Source of the DNA: a virus
Virus record (IMG/VR): IMGVR_UViG_3300017613_000305
Length of the DNA: 31,708 nucleotides
Reading direction: 5' to 3' (one strand)
The stretch's first letter is position 1. Every line of letters begins with the position of its first letter. The notes beneath the pieces are model-generated. The model was not told the origin of the DNA, did no database searches, and saw only the letters and a list, made by a program, of their open reading frames with translations. This document shows, in pieces, positions 8,552-17,215 of this stretch. The position numbers were made by a program, and so were the translations under genes.

Positions 8552-10939
8552 ATGGCAAGTAAAAAGAAAATAATCAACGTTGAGATCAAACCAGAATTAT
8601 CTGGGATAAGAAATCTAAACAACGAAATATCCAAGATGCGTTCAGAGTTGGACGAAGCGACAGATGCAAAGCATATTGACAAGCTCAACAAAGAACTCGG
8701 CAAGACCGAGAAGCAAGTTGTGGATATCAACGAAGCAGTTAAGAAGGTTGGTATCGGTAAGAAGTTCGAAGACGCATTTGATGACCTTGCACCACTATCT
8801 TCACGACTCGGTGAACTTGAAGATCAAATGTATGAATTAGCATTTGCAGGAAAAGCCGATAGTGAAGCCTTTCGTGAATTACAACAGGAGGCGGTGAAGA
8901 TGCGCCAAACCATTATCGAGACTGATAAGCAAGTGGACATCCTAGCAGACAACAAAGGCATGTCAGTCTTTAGTGATGGTATTGGACAAGTCGGTGCATC
9001 AATGGCACGTTTGGACTTTGAGACAGCAAGTAAACAAGCGACAAGTTTAGCAGGTGCAGCTGGAAAGATTTCTTTTGGTTCAGCAATGAAATCAATGAAG
9101 CAATTTGGTAGTACGATTATGCAACTAGGAAAAGCGATCTTAATGAATCCGTTGTTTTTACTTGCAGCCGTTATTGCAGCCGTTGGATATGCAGTATATA
9201 AACTGCTCGATGCGCTTGGTGTGATCAAGGTAATATTTGAAGCAGTAGGAAAAGCCATTGGATGGGTTGTGCAACAACTTAAAAACTTCTTGGATTGGTT
9301 GGGCTTAACGAACTATGCAGAACAAGACGCAGCGGAAAAGAGCGCGAAGTCTGCCGAACGTAGAGCGAAAGCATACGAGACAGCAAGTAAACGAATCACA
9401 CAAGCACTGGACACTGAAATCAAGTTAGCAGAACTTGCTGGTGAATCTACCGAAGCACTAGAAAAGAAGAAGCTGGAAGTTACAGAAGCGACAACAGAAA
9501 AACAGGTTGAAGCATTACGTGCAAGATTCAAAGCCGAAAAGATAAAGCAGGAAATGACACACGAGGAAATGGTCGAACTGCGCCAACAACTAGAGGAAAA
9601 GAAACTACTCCACAAGAAGAGTATCGACGATTTAAAGATATTCGGAGCAGAAGAAGCAGCCGAACGTCGTGATGCGATCATAAGAGACAAGAAAGCCAAA
9701 GCAGAACTAGCAGGTGATACGATTAAAGCACAGACGATCCAATTAAAAAAGGAGCGTGATCTAGCACTAAGAAATGAGAAGTTAACACAGAACGAGATTT
9801 TACTCATAAAGAAACAATTCAATGACGAGGTTGCAGAACTCGAAGAGGCAGACAGAGCAGAACGATATGCAAAGTGGAAAGCATGGAAGGACAACCGTGT
9901 GAGTACTGAACGTTTGATCCAAGACATTGAAACGGATTTATTGGAAGATGGTATCGACAAGGAACTCCAAGCGAACAATTACAAATTCGACAGGTTAATT
10001 GAAGACACCAAGCGTGATGAAACGATAAACCAAAAGGAGCGATTAAGATTAGTCGAACTATATGGTAAACAACGAACAGAAGCAGAAGCACAACTACGTG
10101 AGAAGAACCGACTAGCAGAAGCAGATGCGAAACTAAAGGAGAAAGAACAAGCACAAACCGACCTTGATAAATTGACAGCATGGTACGCTAAAAAGGACGC
10201 ACTGGAACGTTCGTTGATACAAGACCAATACGAAAAGGAAAAAGCAGAACGTACAGCACAATTCGAAGACCGTATAGCAACACTCGAAGCAGAAGGATTG
10301 CTAACCAATGCGATTGAGTTGAAAATAAAAAAGAAGTTGCAGAACGATCTGGACGCGATAGACAAGAAAGCGAACGACGAAAAGAAAGCAGCGGATGCGA
10401 AATCAATTGCAGACGCGAAATCATTAAGTGAAGCCAAGGCAAACATGGCAGTACAAGGATTGCAACTTGTTGCTAGTGTAGCAGAGTTATTTGCAGATAA
10501 GAGTGAAACGGCTGCGCGTGTTGCGTTCAATGTCCAAAAGGCTGCAAGTATAGCACAGGCAACAATGGATGGATATAAGGCTGTGATAAGTACATACGCG
10601 AATGCACCTGGTGGAGTTGTATTAAAGGGTATTCAAGCAGGTATAGCTGGAGCGTTCGCAGCTGTTCAGATTGCTAACATAGCCAAAACAAAATTCGAAG
10701 GTGGTGGAGCAGGTGCAAGTGGTGTTGCATCGGCAGGTTCATCTGCTGTTGGTGGTGGTGGCGCACAACAAGCACAAACACCAAACTTGGAATTGTTCGG
10801 ACAAGCGAATAACTTAAATACATTTTTCCAACCCGAAGGACAGGAACAAGGACAAACGGTACAGGCTGTTATATCATTAGATCAGTTAAGTACGTCACAG
10901 GACAAAGCGTCACAAATATTTGAAAGCGGTCTATTGTGA
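8552..10939 (+). CDS. Tape-measure-like protein (or internal/ejection protein)
   Basis: 795 aa. It has a hydrophobic segment (NPLFLLAAVIAAVGYAVYKLL), about 400 aa of K/E/A coiled coil, and a Gly-rich C-terminus (GGGAGASGVASAGSSAVGGGG). Confidence 0.6.
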   Translation: MASKKKIINVEIKPELSGIRNLNNEISKMRSELDEATDAKHIDKLNKELGKTEKQVVDINEAVKKVGIGKKFEDAFDDLAPLSSRLGELEDQMYELAFAGKADSEAFRELQQEAVKMRQTIIETDKQVDILADNKGMSVFSDGIGQVGASMARLDFETASKQATSLAGAAGKISFGSAMKSMKQFGSTIMQLGKAILMNPLFLLAAVIAAVGYAVYKLLDALGVIKVIFEAVGKAIGWVVQQLKNFLDWLGLTNYAEQDAAEKSAKSAERRAKAYETASKRITQALDTEIKLAELAGESTEALEKKKLEVTEATTEKQVEALRARFKAEKIKQEMTHEEMVELRQQLEEKKLLHKKSIDDLKIFGAEEAAERRDAIIRDKKAKAELAGDTIKAQTIQLKKERDLALRNEKLTQNEILLIKKQFNDEVAELEEADRAERYAKWKAWKDNRVSTERLIQDIETDLLEDGIDKELQANNYKFDRLIEDTKRDETINQKERLRLVELYGKQRTEAEAQLREKNRLAEADAKLKEKEQAQTDLDKLTAWYAKKDALERSLIQDQYEKEKAERTAQFEDRIATLEAEGLLTNAIELKIKKKLQNDLDAIDKKANDEKKAADAKSIADAKSLSEAKANMAVQGLQLVASVAELFADKSETAARVAFNVQKAASIAQATMDGYKAVISTYANAPGGVVLKGIQAGIAGAFAAVQIANIAKTKFEGGGAGASGVASAGSSAVGGGGAQQAQTPNLELFGQANNLNTFFQPEGQEQGQTVQAVISLDQLSTSQDKASQIFESGLL

Positions 10940-11271
10940 GTGCAAAACATTTATTCATATCACAATTAGGTGCTTGTACTAGAACGATCAACGCAGAGAT
11001 AAAGAAGCAAATTATAGAAGTTGGTGCGGTAGACACAGGACGAATGAAGAACAACACCAAGGTGAAAGTTGGCTATATCTTCAACCGCGATGTGTTTACC
11101 ATCCAATCTATAAACACCACAGATTATTATATCTTTGTTGATAAGGGTACGATTTATATCAAGGCTCGTGAGATCACCGACAAAACCCTTGACCGTAAAA
11201 GAGTACAGGACGCACTGGACAAAGTATACGACAAATGGATAGATTACATGATAGATAGACAATTCGACTAA
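10936..11271 (+). CDS. HK97 gp10-like virion component
   Basis: The GTG start overlaps the TMP stop. The motifs VDTGRMKNN and YYIFVDKGT resemble the gp10 family (DTG.L..S ... YA..VE.GT). Confidence 0.45.
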   Translation: MSAKHLFISQLGACTRTINAEIKKQIIEVGAVDTGRMKNNTKVKVGYIFNRDVFTIQSINTTDYYIFVDKGTIYIKAREITDKTLDRKRVQDALDKVYDKWIDYMIDRQFD

Positions 11272-11648
11272 TGGCATTTAAAACACCTTCCAGCATAGAT
11301 AGAGACTTCACCCGAAAGTTCAAAGCAGATATACGTAAAAAGGATTTGATTGACACATGGGCGTTGTATAAGTCGATAGATGTAACAGCAGAAATTGATT
11401 TGAATTTCGGTACGTTCATGAGTGCAAACTATACATTCAGCGTACAAGTATATGCAGAACCTTATTTGGTGTATTTGGACGAACGGTTCCAAGTAACCAA
11501 CGATTTCATTAATAGTCGATCATTTAGAAATACCACCGATAAGTTCCGTTTGTTTTTTACTGCATATTTGCAGAATGAATATCCTTTGCTTAGATTTGAT
11601 AATGTGACGCTTGAATTAAGCACGATCACATTAATGAATCAACCATGA
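11271..11648 (+). CDS. Hypothetical virion-associated protein
   Basis: 125 aa, coupled by TAATG to the upstream gene and ATGA to the downstream gene. Confidence 0.5.
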   Translation: MAFKTPSSIDRDFTRKFKADIRKKDLIDTWALYKSIDVTAEIDLNFGTFMSANYTFSVQVYAEPYLVYLDERFQVTNDFINSRSFRNTTDKFRLFFTAYLQNEYPLLRFDNVTLELSTITLMNQP

Positions 11649-11998
11649 AAATAATACTATTTATATTCCTTTCACTAGGAGCTACGGCACAAGAAACCAA
11701 GATACATGGCTTTCCAGAATTCGCAACGGTAACACGTTACATTGAACACAATGATACAAGTTATGTTCTAACATTCAAGGATCAACAATACAGCTTACTT
11801 GATATCCACGAAAGCGTAATCATTGACCCTACGCAAGTACTCAACAACTGTAACAAAGTACTTGAAACAGGTGAACCGATAAAGACATCCGAATACACCA
11901 TATACAAAGTCGGTAAGAAAGGGTTGTCTTTTTACGTTGGGAATAGTTACTTTTATCCAACACTTAGATTTTTTCAAAAGACATGCGACAAAAGGTAA
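11645..11998 (+). CDS. Secreted protein (signal peptide)
   Basis: The N-terminus MKIILFIFLSLGATAQE is a typical Sec signal with an A-x-A cleavage site. 117 aa. Confidence 0.6.
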   Translation: MKIILFIFLSLGATAQETKIHGFPEFATVTRYIEHNDTSYVLTFKDQQYSLLDIHESVIIDPTQVLNNCNKVLETGEPIKTSEYTIYKVGKKGLSFYVGNSYFYPTLRFFQKTCDKR

Positions 11999-12591
11999 GT
12001 ATCATAATACCCTATGACATTGATCGTGGATGGTTGAACGAAGCTATTGAATCAGTCAACGCACAAACATATCCAAACATTGAGTTGATTATCTCACAAT
12101 CAGACAAGGGTGTAAGCTACAATCTAAACGATGGTATCATGAAAGCCACAGGAACTTATGTCAAGTATCTATGTGAAGACGACAAACTCACACCGCGATC
12201 TATCGAACTATCGGTACAAGCAATGAAAGGAAACGACCTTATCCACGGTAATAGTTTAATACTAGGACACACTGGTAAATTAAGTTTGTTCGTACCACTC
12301 GACAAACACCCAACACTCACACAAATGATTCACAACAACCGAATACATGGTGGAACATTAATGTATCGCCGTGATGTGTTTGAACGTTTCGGATACTTTG
12401 ATGAATCATTGTGGACAGGTGAAGAGTATGATTTCAATATGATGCTACTATCCAAGGGTGCGAAGTTAGGATATTGCGGTGCAGCCTTATATGTTTACCG
12501 ACGACACGAACAACAAAAGAGTCTTGGACGTAAAGCCAACCAAACGAAAAGAAAACAAGCGATCAAGGAAATTAGACAACGATATGTATAA
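11983..12591 (+). CDS. Family 2 glycosyltransferase (GT-A)
   Basis: VSIIIPYDIDRGWLNEAIESVNAQTYPNIELII followed by NDGIMKATGTYVKYLCEDDKL shows the classic GT2 N-terminal and DxD signatures. Confidence 0.8.
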   Translation: MRQKVSIIIPYDIDRGWLNEAIESVNAQTYPNIELIISQSDKGVSYNLNDGIMKATGTYVKYLCEDDKLTPRSIELSVQAMKGNDLIHGNSLILGHTGKLSLFVPLDKHPTLTQMIHNNRIHGGTLMYRRDVFERFGYFDESLWTGEEYDFNMMLLSKGAKLGYCGAALYVYRRHEQQKSLGRKANQTKRKQAIKEIRQRYV

Positions 12592-13228
12592 ACACTTTAT
12601 ATTCTGCCGTTACAACTTAGAGCTATTCAATAGCAACCCATACAAGGTGTCTAATCCTGACCAATGGATGGTTGAGCGCATACCGATGTTTAGACGACTT
12701 CTAAGATCACTTAAATACCAAACGAACAAAGACTATACTTTCGTCGTGGGAATGGACAAGAATACACCGCGTGAGCATTTATACATGGTAGCGAAAACAC
12801 TGGAGGAATTCGATATCAATTATGTTGTTGTGTTTGGTGATCCACGTACACACATTGCAGAACAATCTGAATTCGTCGAGTGGATTATAACAAGTCGTAT
12901 TGACAACGATGATGAATATAGACCAGAGTTTGTTGAAGCGATACAAAGCAACTTCCAAGAAAAGACAGAACTGTTGGATGTGATCGGAGTGCAACACGAT
13001 GGTAAACGATTTTATACATCTGGACGACCAACACCAAACAGTCCATTTATTACATTGATTGAAAAGTGGGATAAACCCAAAACTGTATTGCATAGACCAC
13101 ACTCGATCATGAACGGTGAGTATCTTGCAAGGTACGCAAGTCTCGACCCTTTGACGATTCAACACATACACACATCGAACGCAGCGAATAGAATAATAGG
13201 CAAACCAATCAACCCGATATGGAAATAG
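12584..13228 (+). CDS. Glycosyltransferase, putative rhamnosyltransferase-like
   Basis: ATG 12584 overlaps the upstream stop by 8 nt; the track ORF starts earlier, inside the GT2 gene. The FIFCRYNL start and the TSRIDNDDEY motif resemble the Rhamno_transf family (T.RLD.DD). Confidence 0.55.
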   Translation: MYKHFIFCRYNLELFNSNPYKVSNPDQWMVERIPMFRRLLRSLKYQTNKDYTFVVGMDKNTPREHLYMVAKTLEEFDINYVVVFGDPRTHIAEQSEFVEWIITSRIDNDDEYRPEFVEAIQSNFQEKTELLDVIGVQHDGKRFYTSGRPTPNSPFITLIEKWDKPKTVLHRPHSIMNGEYLARYASLDPLTIQHIHTSNAANRIIGKPINPIWK

Positions 13229-13866
13229 TAGTAGCAATCGCAACAATGCCTGGTCGTGAGAAGTTCCTAGCAAAGACAATCAAATCACTGGCAGGACAAT
13301 GTGATCAACTACGGATATATGACAATGGTGTCCGTGATGTTGATTTAACCGACAATGGAAAGTTTTATTTTCTAAAGGAATACACCGAACCAGTTTATTA
13401 TCTGACTTGTGACGACGATATCATATACCCACCTAATTACGTGAAGGACATGGTGAAAGCCATAGACCGCACAGAGGGAATAGTAACACATCACGGTCGC
13501 ATACTCACAAGGAAAAACGTATCATACTATCGTGGAAGACACAAGACGTTCAGATGCAACGGATGGGTGAATAGAGAAAAACAAATCCACGTTGGTGGTT
13601 CTGGTGTAATGGGTTGGCGCACTGATCAATTTAATCCTGTTGAGATTTACGCAAGTGAAAACAAACGAATGTCTGATCTAGTCGTGGCACTTAAAGCTGC
13701 ACAAAGCGGTGTCAAGATTACCGTACTAGAACACCCTGTGAACTATGTGATAGTGCAACCTGTACCAAACGAACAAACCATATTTGGAGCAGATAGACAC
13801 GAGGATACTATTCAGTCACAGATTGCGAACGAGGTTTTACAGATTCTGACAAAGCGAACCAATTAA
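13219..13866 (+). CDS. Glycosyltransferase (GT-A-like, DDD motif)
   Basis: IVVAIATMPGREKFLAKTIKSLAGQ plus YYLTCDDDIIYPPNYV form a GT-A nucleotide-sugar binding pattern. Confidence 0.55.
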   Translation: MEIVVAIATMPGREKFLAKTIKSLAGQCDQLRIYDNGVRDVDLTDNGKFYFLKEYTEPVYYLTCDDDIIYPPNYVKDMVKAIDRTEGIVTHHGRILTRKNVSYYRGRHKTFRCNGWVNREKQIHVGGSGVMGWRTDQFNPVEIYASENKRMSDLVVALKAAQSGVKITVLEHPVNYVIVQPVPNEQTIFGADRHEDTIQSQIANEVLQILTKRTN

Positions 13867-14482
13867 AAACTAGGATGTGTGGCAATCCCATCACATGGCT
13901 ATATTTAGTGAGATCACCCTTTGTAATCACAAATATAGTACGCATCCATGCCGTTGCTGGATCAACCTTAACCACCTCTTCGTCTTCTTCATACTCTTCG
14001 TCTTCCTCACCTGAATCAAATAGATTAGGATATTTCTTGAATACGTCTGCACGATATTGGGTGTAATTCTCGACCGCACGATATACGTCTGTGATTTTCT
14101 TGTCGTATACATCTTCACCAAGACCGTACAACAATTGCGCGACCTTTGGCAATGCATCGACAAAACTATTGGACACTAGGATAACATCGAGATCAATAAA
14201 CAACGCAATGGATAGCTTGTTGAATGGCTTTAACCCTTCGTCCTTTAGTGTGCATGATATAGGTTTCGCAATAAACGAAATGCACTTCTTTACCTTCCTC
14301 AACTCACGGTCTGTGATATCTTCGTCCAAATCCAAGAACACATCACCGACTTCTAATATGAATTCTGTCGGTGTTATGTCCTTGTTGGAGATTAGTTCTT
14401 GCAACTCCATGAATTGTTCCACAGAGCAGTCTGACCAGTTAAGCGGTTTCTGTTCCATCTTTGGATTCGTCAGTGGATTCAT
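13808..14482 (-). CDS. Acidic hypothetical protein (second gene of the minus-strand cassette)
   Basis: Long minus-strand ORF with normal composition, whereas the plus-strand alternatives are Ser-rich junk. Candidate ATGs are at 14482 and 14458; the track start 14494 is TTG. It has an acidic run, SGEEDEEYEEDEE. Confidence 0.6.
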   Translation of the reverse strand: MNPLTNPKMEQKPLNWSDCSVEQFMELQELISNKDITPTEFILEVGDVFLDLDEDITDRELRKVKKCISFIAKPISCTLKDEGLKPFNKLSIALFIDLDVILVSNSFVDALPKVAQLLYGLGEDVYDKKITDVYRAVENYTQYRADVFKKYPNLFDSGEEDEEYEEDEEVVKVDPATAWMRTIFVITKGDLTKYSHVMGLPHILVFNWFALSESVKPRSQSVTE

Positions 14483-15014
14483 TAAGCTCTGCAAGTTGTC
14501 TACGCATCACACGAACCATGAATGGTGCAGCTACATCAGACTTCAATTGCTTTCTGAATAGTTCTGCTTTGTGCTTGATATGATTCCAATCACGGTGTTC
14601 GGTGTTTGTTAAATCCACATCTTTGAATAAGATAGCAACCACCCAACTAGGGAAATGTCCATCATACTTTAATTGTGCCTGTTCGATTAACGATATATCC
14701 CTCGCTTTGAATTCGAATTCCACACCCTCGAATGATTTGTAAGTCCTACCGTTCACAACAATTTCATCTGGAACGTCCTTTGGTAGTTCGTAGTCATTAA
14801 ACGAACGCACCGTGTCAAGGAATTCTTTTTGGTTTAAACTATCCAGTACATCGTTGGGTACTTTCAACATTTCGAAAACTTCGAAATACTTACTTACTAC
14901 ATCGTTGCCTTGTCTGTTTACTATCGAAAAAATAGTATCGAACTCATTCAACGTCAATTCATCGGGGGCGTTTCTAAGTTCGTAAACTTTGTCACCATAA
15001 TTAATTTCTAACAT
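14439..15014 (-). CDS. Acidic hypothetical protein (first gene of the minus-strand cassette; TAC-like N-terminus)
   Basis: Start MLEINYGDKVYELRN at ATG 15014, downstream of a minus-strand TAnnTTTG box. The longer track ORF (to 15143) would begin upstream of that promoter and overlap gene 15061. Confidence 0.6.
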   Translation of the reverse strand: MLEINYGDKVYELRNAPDELTLNEFDTIFSIVNRQGNDVVSKYFEVFEMLKVPNDVLDSLNQKEFLDTVRSFNDYELPKDVPDEIVVNGRTYKSFEGVEFEFKARDISLIEQAQLKYDGHFPSWVVAILFKDVDLTNTEHRDWNHIKHKAELFRKQLKSDVAAPFMVRVMRRQLAELNESTDESKDGTETA

Positions 15015-15041
15015 ATACAATTCTTTTACAACAAAAATACA

Positions 15042-15049
15042 CAAATTTA
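15042..15049 (-). promoter_or_regulatory. Bacteroidetes-type -7 box TAAATTTG on the minus strand
   Basis: Plus strand reads CAAATTTA at 15042-15049, 27 nt upstream of the minus-strand ATG 15014. Confidence 0.5.
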
Positions 15050-15060
15050 CTATACGGATA

Positions 15061-16146
15061 ATGTTACCAGAATACACATTATCTATCGACCCATCATTAG
15101 CCGAAAACGGTGAAGAGTTGGGTATCTTTGAAATAGCGAACACCGCGACCCCTGCAATTATGTTGAAGGGTGTTGCATTCTCTAGTCAAGAAACGAAAGC
15201 GATCTACTTTGCAGATAACAAAAAATACAGGATTGCAGCTCCAGTTGTAACGCCTGGTAAGATATACCGCAAAGACCCCGAAACAGAAGAAGAATACTAC
15301 GCGAAAGTGACACCCGAATATATCGAAAGTGTATATGTTGACTTCATGGCAAAACGAATAGGTGGTGAAGTATTCAACGAGGAACACAACGAAAAGGTTA
15401 AACCACCATCATACATATTGGAAACATGGTTAGTGGAAAACCCAAAGACCGACAAAGCACAAACAGTTTATGGTCTTGATGTTCCAAAGGGTACATGGTT
15501 CGCGGTTCAACAATTCACGGATAAAGAAGTTTATAATGATTACGTCGAACGTGGTCTCACAGGTTTTTCAATACATGGACATTCAGCAATGTTGTTGATG
15601 TCCGAACAAAACAAAACAGAAATGGAAAAGGAAGAAAACAAAGAAGTTGAAGCAATGGAAACAATGCAAGACGGTGCGAAGTTCATGATAGGCGATAAGT
15701 ACTATGAAGTGAAAGACGGCGTACCAGTTGAAGTTGTTGAGGTTGTCGAAGAAACTGAAATGGCAGAAGACGACAAAACCGAAGAAACGGAAATGAACGA
15801 AGAAGAGTCTAAGACAGATGAAACTGAAATGATGGACGAATCAGAGGAAAAGGAAACAGAGTTAGCAGAAGAGGAAACAAAGGAAACGGAAATGGCTGAC
15901 GAAGAGGGAACAGAAGAGACTGAAATGGCAGACGATGCAACTGGTGAGTACTACTCGAAGGAAGAGGTGGACGCTAAGTTCAGCGAAGTGTTTGACATGT
16001 TAGCAGACTTGAAAAAAGAAGAAGAAACAACAGAGGAAGTTGAAGATGTACCAAGTGTACAGATGTCAAAACAGCCAAAGAGTAGAGTGCAAAACATGCG
16101 CGAAAAACTGGATAAATTCGGAACGTTTAGCCCGAACAACAAATAA
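15061..16146 (+). CDS. XkdF-like prohead protease fused to an acidic scaffold-like domain
   Basis: The N-terminal roughly 185 aa (VTPEYIESVYVDFMAKR..NEEHN...ETWLVE...GTWFAVQQFTDKEVYNDYVERGLTGFSIHG) fits the XkdF/S78_2 pattern. The C-terminus is E/T/M-rich with ETEM repeats. It lies directly upstream of the MCP. Confidence 0.65.
   Translation: MLPEYTLSIDPSLAENGEELGIFEIANTATPAIMLKGVAFSSQETKAIYFADNKKYRIAAPVVTPGKIYRKDPETEEEYYAKVTPEYIESVYVDFMAKRIGGEVFNEEHNEKVKPPSYILETWLVENPKTDKAQTVYGLDVPKGTWFAVQQFTDKEVYNDYVERGLTGFSIHGHSAMLLMSEQNKTEMEKEENKEVEAMETMQDGAKFMIGDKYYEVKDGVPVEVVEVVEETEMAEDDKTEETEMNEEESKTDETEMMDESEEKETELAEEETKETEMADEEGTEETEMADDATGEYYSKEEVDAKFSEVFDMLADLKKEEETTEEVEDVPSVQMSKQPKSRVQNMREKLDKFGTFSPNNK
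15751..15927 (+). repeat. Tandem in-frame repeats of about 33 nt (core GAAAC[TG]GAAATG, encoding ETEM)
   Basis: Cores at 15751, 15784, 15820, 15853 (an ETEL variant), 15883 and 15916, spaced 30-36 nt apart. Confidence 0.85.
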
Positions 16147-16172
16147 AATAACAACAATAAAACAAAGCAAAA

Positions 16173-17150
16173 ATGGCAACAAGAGAATTAAGAATGTCAA
16201 TGAATGTAGCTACGGATGCGCTTTTAGAAGTGAATCCAAAAGAGTTCTACACACAAGCGTTGTTAGAAAACCGTTCATCGGCTTACTTTCGACAAGTATT
16301 AAACATTAAAGAAAAAACAAAGATCGGTTCTTTGTCTTTCGGTACATTGCTTTTTCCAGCAGACTGTGCTTACCAAGGAGGTGATAGCACACTAGGAGCA
16401 AAGGAAATGGAACCATGTAAAATCCAAATCGGTACGGACTTATGTATGTACGAAATGGAAACTTCTTTCTTAGCGGATTGGATGAACGCAGGATCAAACG
16501 GTGATTGGATGCCAGCGGAGTATGCAACATTCATGTTTGGTGAGTTATCGCGTGAAGTGTCTGACCTTTTAGAGGTTCTAACATGGCAAGGTGATACTGA
16601 TGTAACATTTGACGAAGAAGACCCAGCTACGTTCATCGGATTATGTGATGGATTAGAGAAGCAACTATGTGGTGCAAACATACCAGCAGCTCAAAGGGTG
16701 TCAGGAACATCGATAACTTCAACGAATGTTATTGCAGAAATGACAAAAGTATACAACGCTATCCCAACGAAGGTGAAACAAAACAAGGCAGATGTATCTT
16801 GGTTCGTATCACAAAACGTTGCAGATGCGTACGTGTTAGCAGTTGCGTTGCAATCGGCAGAGGTGTACACTAGAGACAATCCAGAATTAACTTTCTTAGG
16901 ATACAAGTTGATGGTTGGTGCAGGAATGTCTGACAATGTGATGACACTTTCGAAAGCAAACAACTATGTATTCCTTGCGGATTTAGTTAGCGACCCAGAA
17001 GATTTGAATGTGATTGATTTGTCTAAAACGACAGGCGACAAAACAATCCGTGTTCGTTCTGACTTCAAAGTTGGATTTAACTACTTGAATGATACAGATG
17101 GACCAGGTGATAACGAATGGGTTACTTACGGATTATCTTGCGCATCATAA
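16173..17150 (+). CDS. Major capsid protein (HK97-fold type)
   Basis: 325 aa immediately after the protease/scaffold gene and followed by a strong terminator. Size and position are typical. Confidence 0.75.
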   Translation: MATRELRMSMNVATDALLEVNPKEFYTQALLENRSSAYFRQVLNIKEKTKIGSLSFGTLLFPADCAYQGGDSTLGAKEMEPCKIQIGTDLCMYEMETSFLADWMNAGSNGDWMPAEYATFMFGELSREVSDLLEVLTWQGDTDVTFDEEDPATFIGLCDGLEKQLCGANIPAAQRVSGTSITSTNVIAEMTKVYNAIPTKVKQNKADVSWFVSQNVADAYVLAVALQSAEVYTRDNPELTFLGYKLMVGAGMSDNVMTLSKANNYVFLADLVSDPEDLNVIDLSKTTGDKTIRVRSDFKVGFNYLNDTDGPGDNEWVTYGLSCAS

Positions 17151-17164
17151 GCATTGAGAACATC

Positions 17165-17194
17165 GGGGTGGGTTTTGGACTCACCCCTTATTAT
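17165..17194 (+). terminator. Rho-independent terminator after the MCP
   Basis: 9-bp stem GGGGTGGGT(17165-17173)/ACTCACCCC(17179-17187) including one G-T wobble, a 5-nt loop, then TTATTAT. Confidence 0.6.
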
Positions 17195-17215
17195 AAATAA
17201 TTAAAAACACACACA

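Noticed and set aside
9313-10530. Long minus-strand ORFs (221 and 183 aa) antisense to the tape-measure-like gene
   Set aside because: Their translations are Ser/Ala/Phe-rich and low complexity. They are the expected stop-free antisense frames of a GAA/AAG/GCA-rich coiled-coil gene. The same reasoning rejects 3660-4172(-), 8824-9258(-), 12779-13279(-) and 5725-6072(-).
14442-14506. A programmed -1 frameshift (gpG/gpGT style) joining the two minus-strand ORFs
   Set aside because: The downstream ORF is in the +1 (equivalently -2) frame, not -1. I found no X-XXY-YYZ slippery heptamer or known +1 shift site in the 65-nt window where both frames are open. Independent initiation at ATG 14482 or 14458 is the simpler explanation. 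The point is kept as a caveat in the cassette finding.
13875-14561. Plus-strand ORFs 13875-14066 and 14091-14561, which would keep this region co-directional with the rest of the genome
   Set aside because: Their translations are Ser-rich nonsense (SSSSSYSSSSS; SRSVISSSKSKNTSPTS) and leave 14562-15060 non-coding. The minus-strand ORFs have normal composition, a start with a TAnnTTTG box, and tile the region completely.
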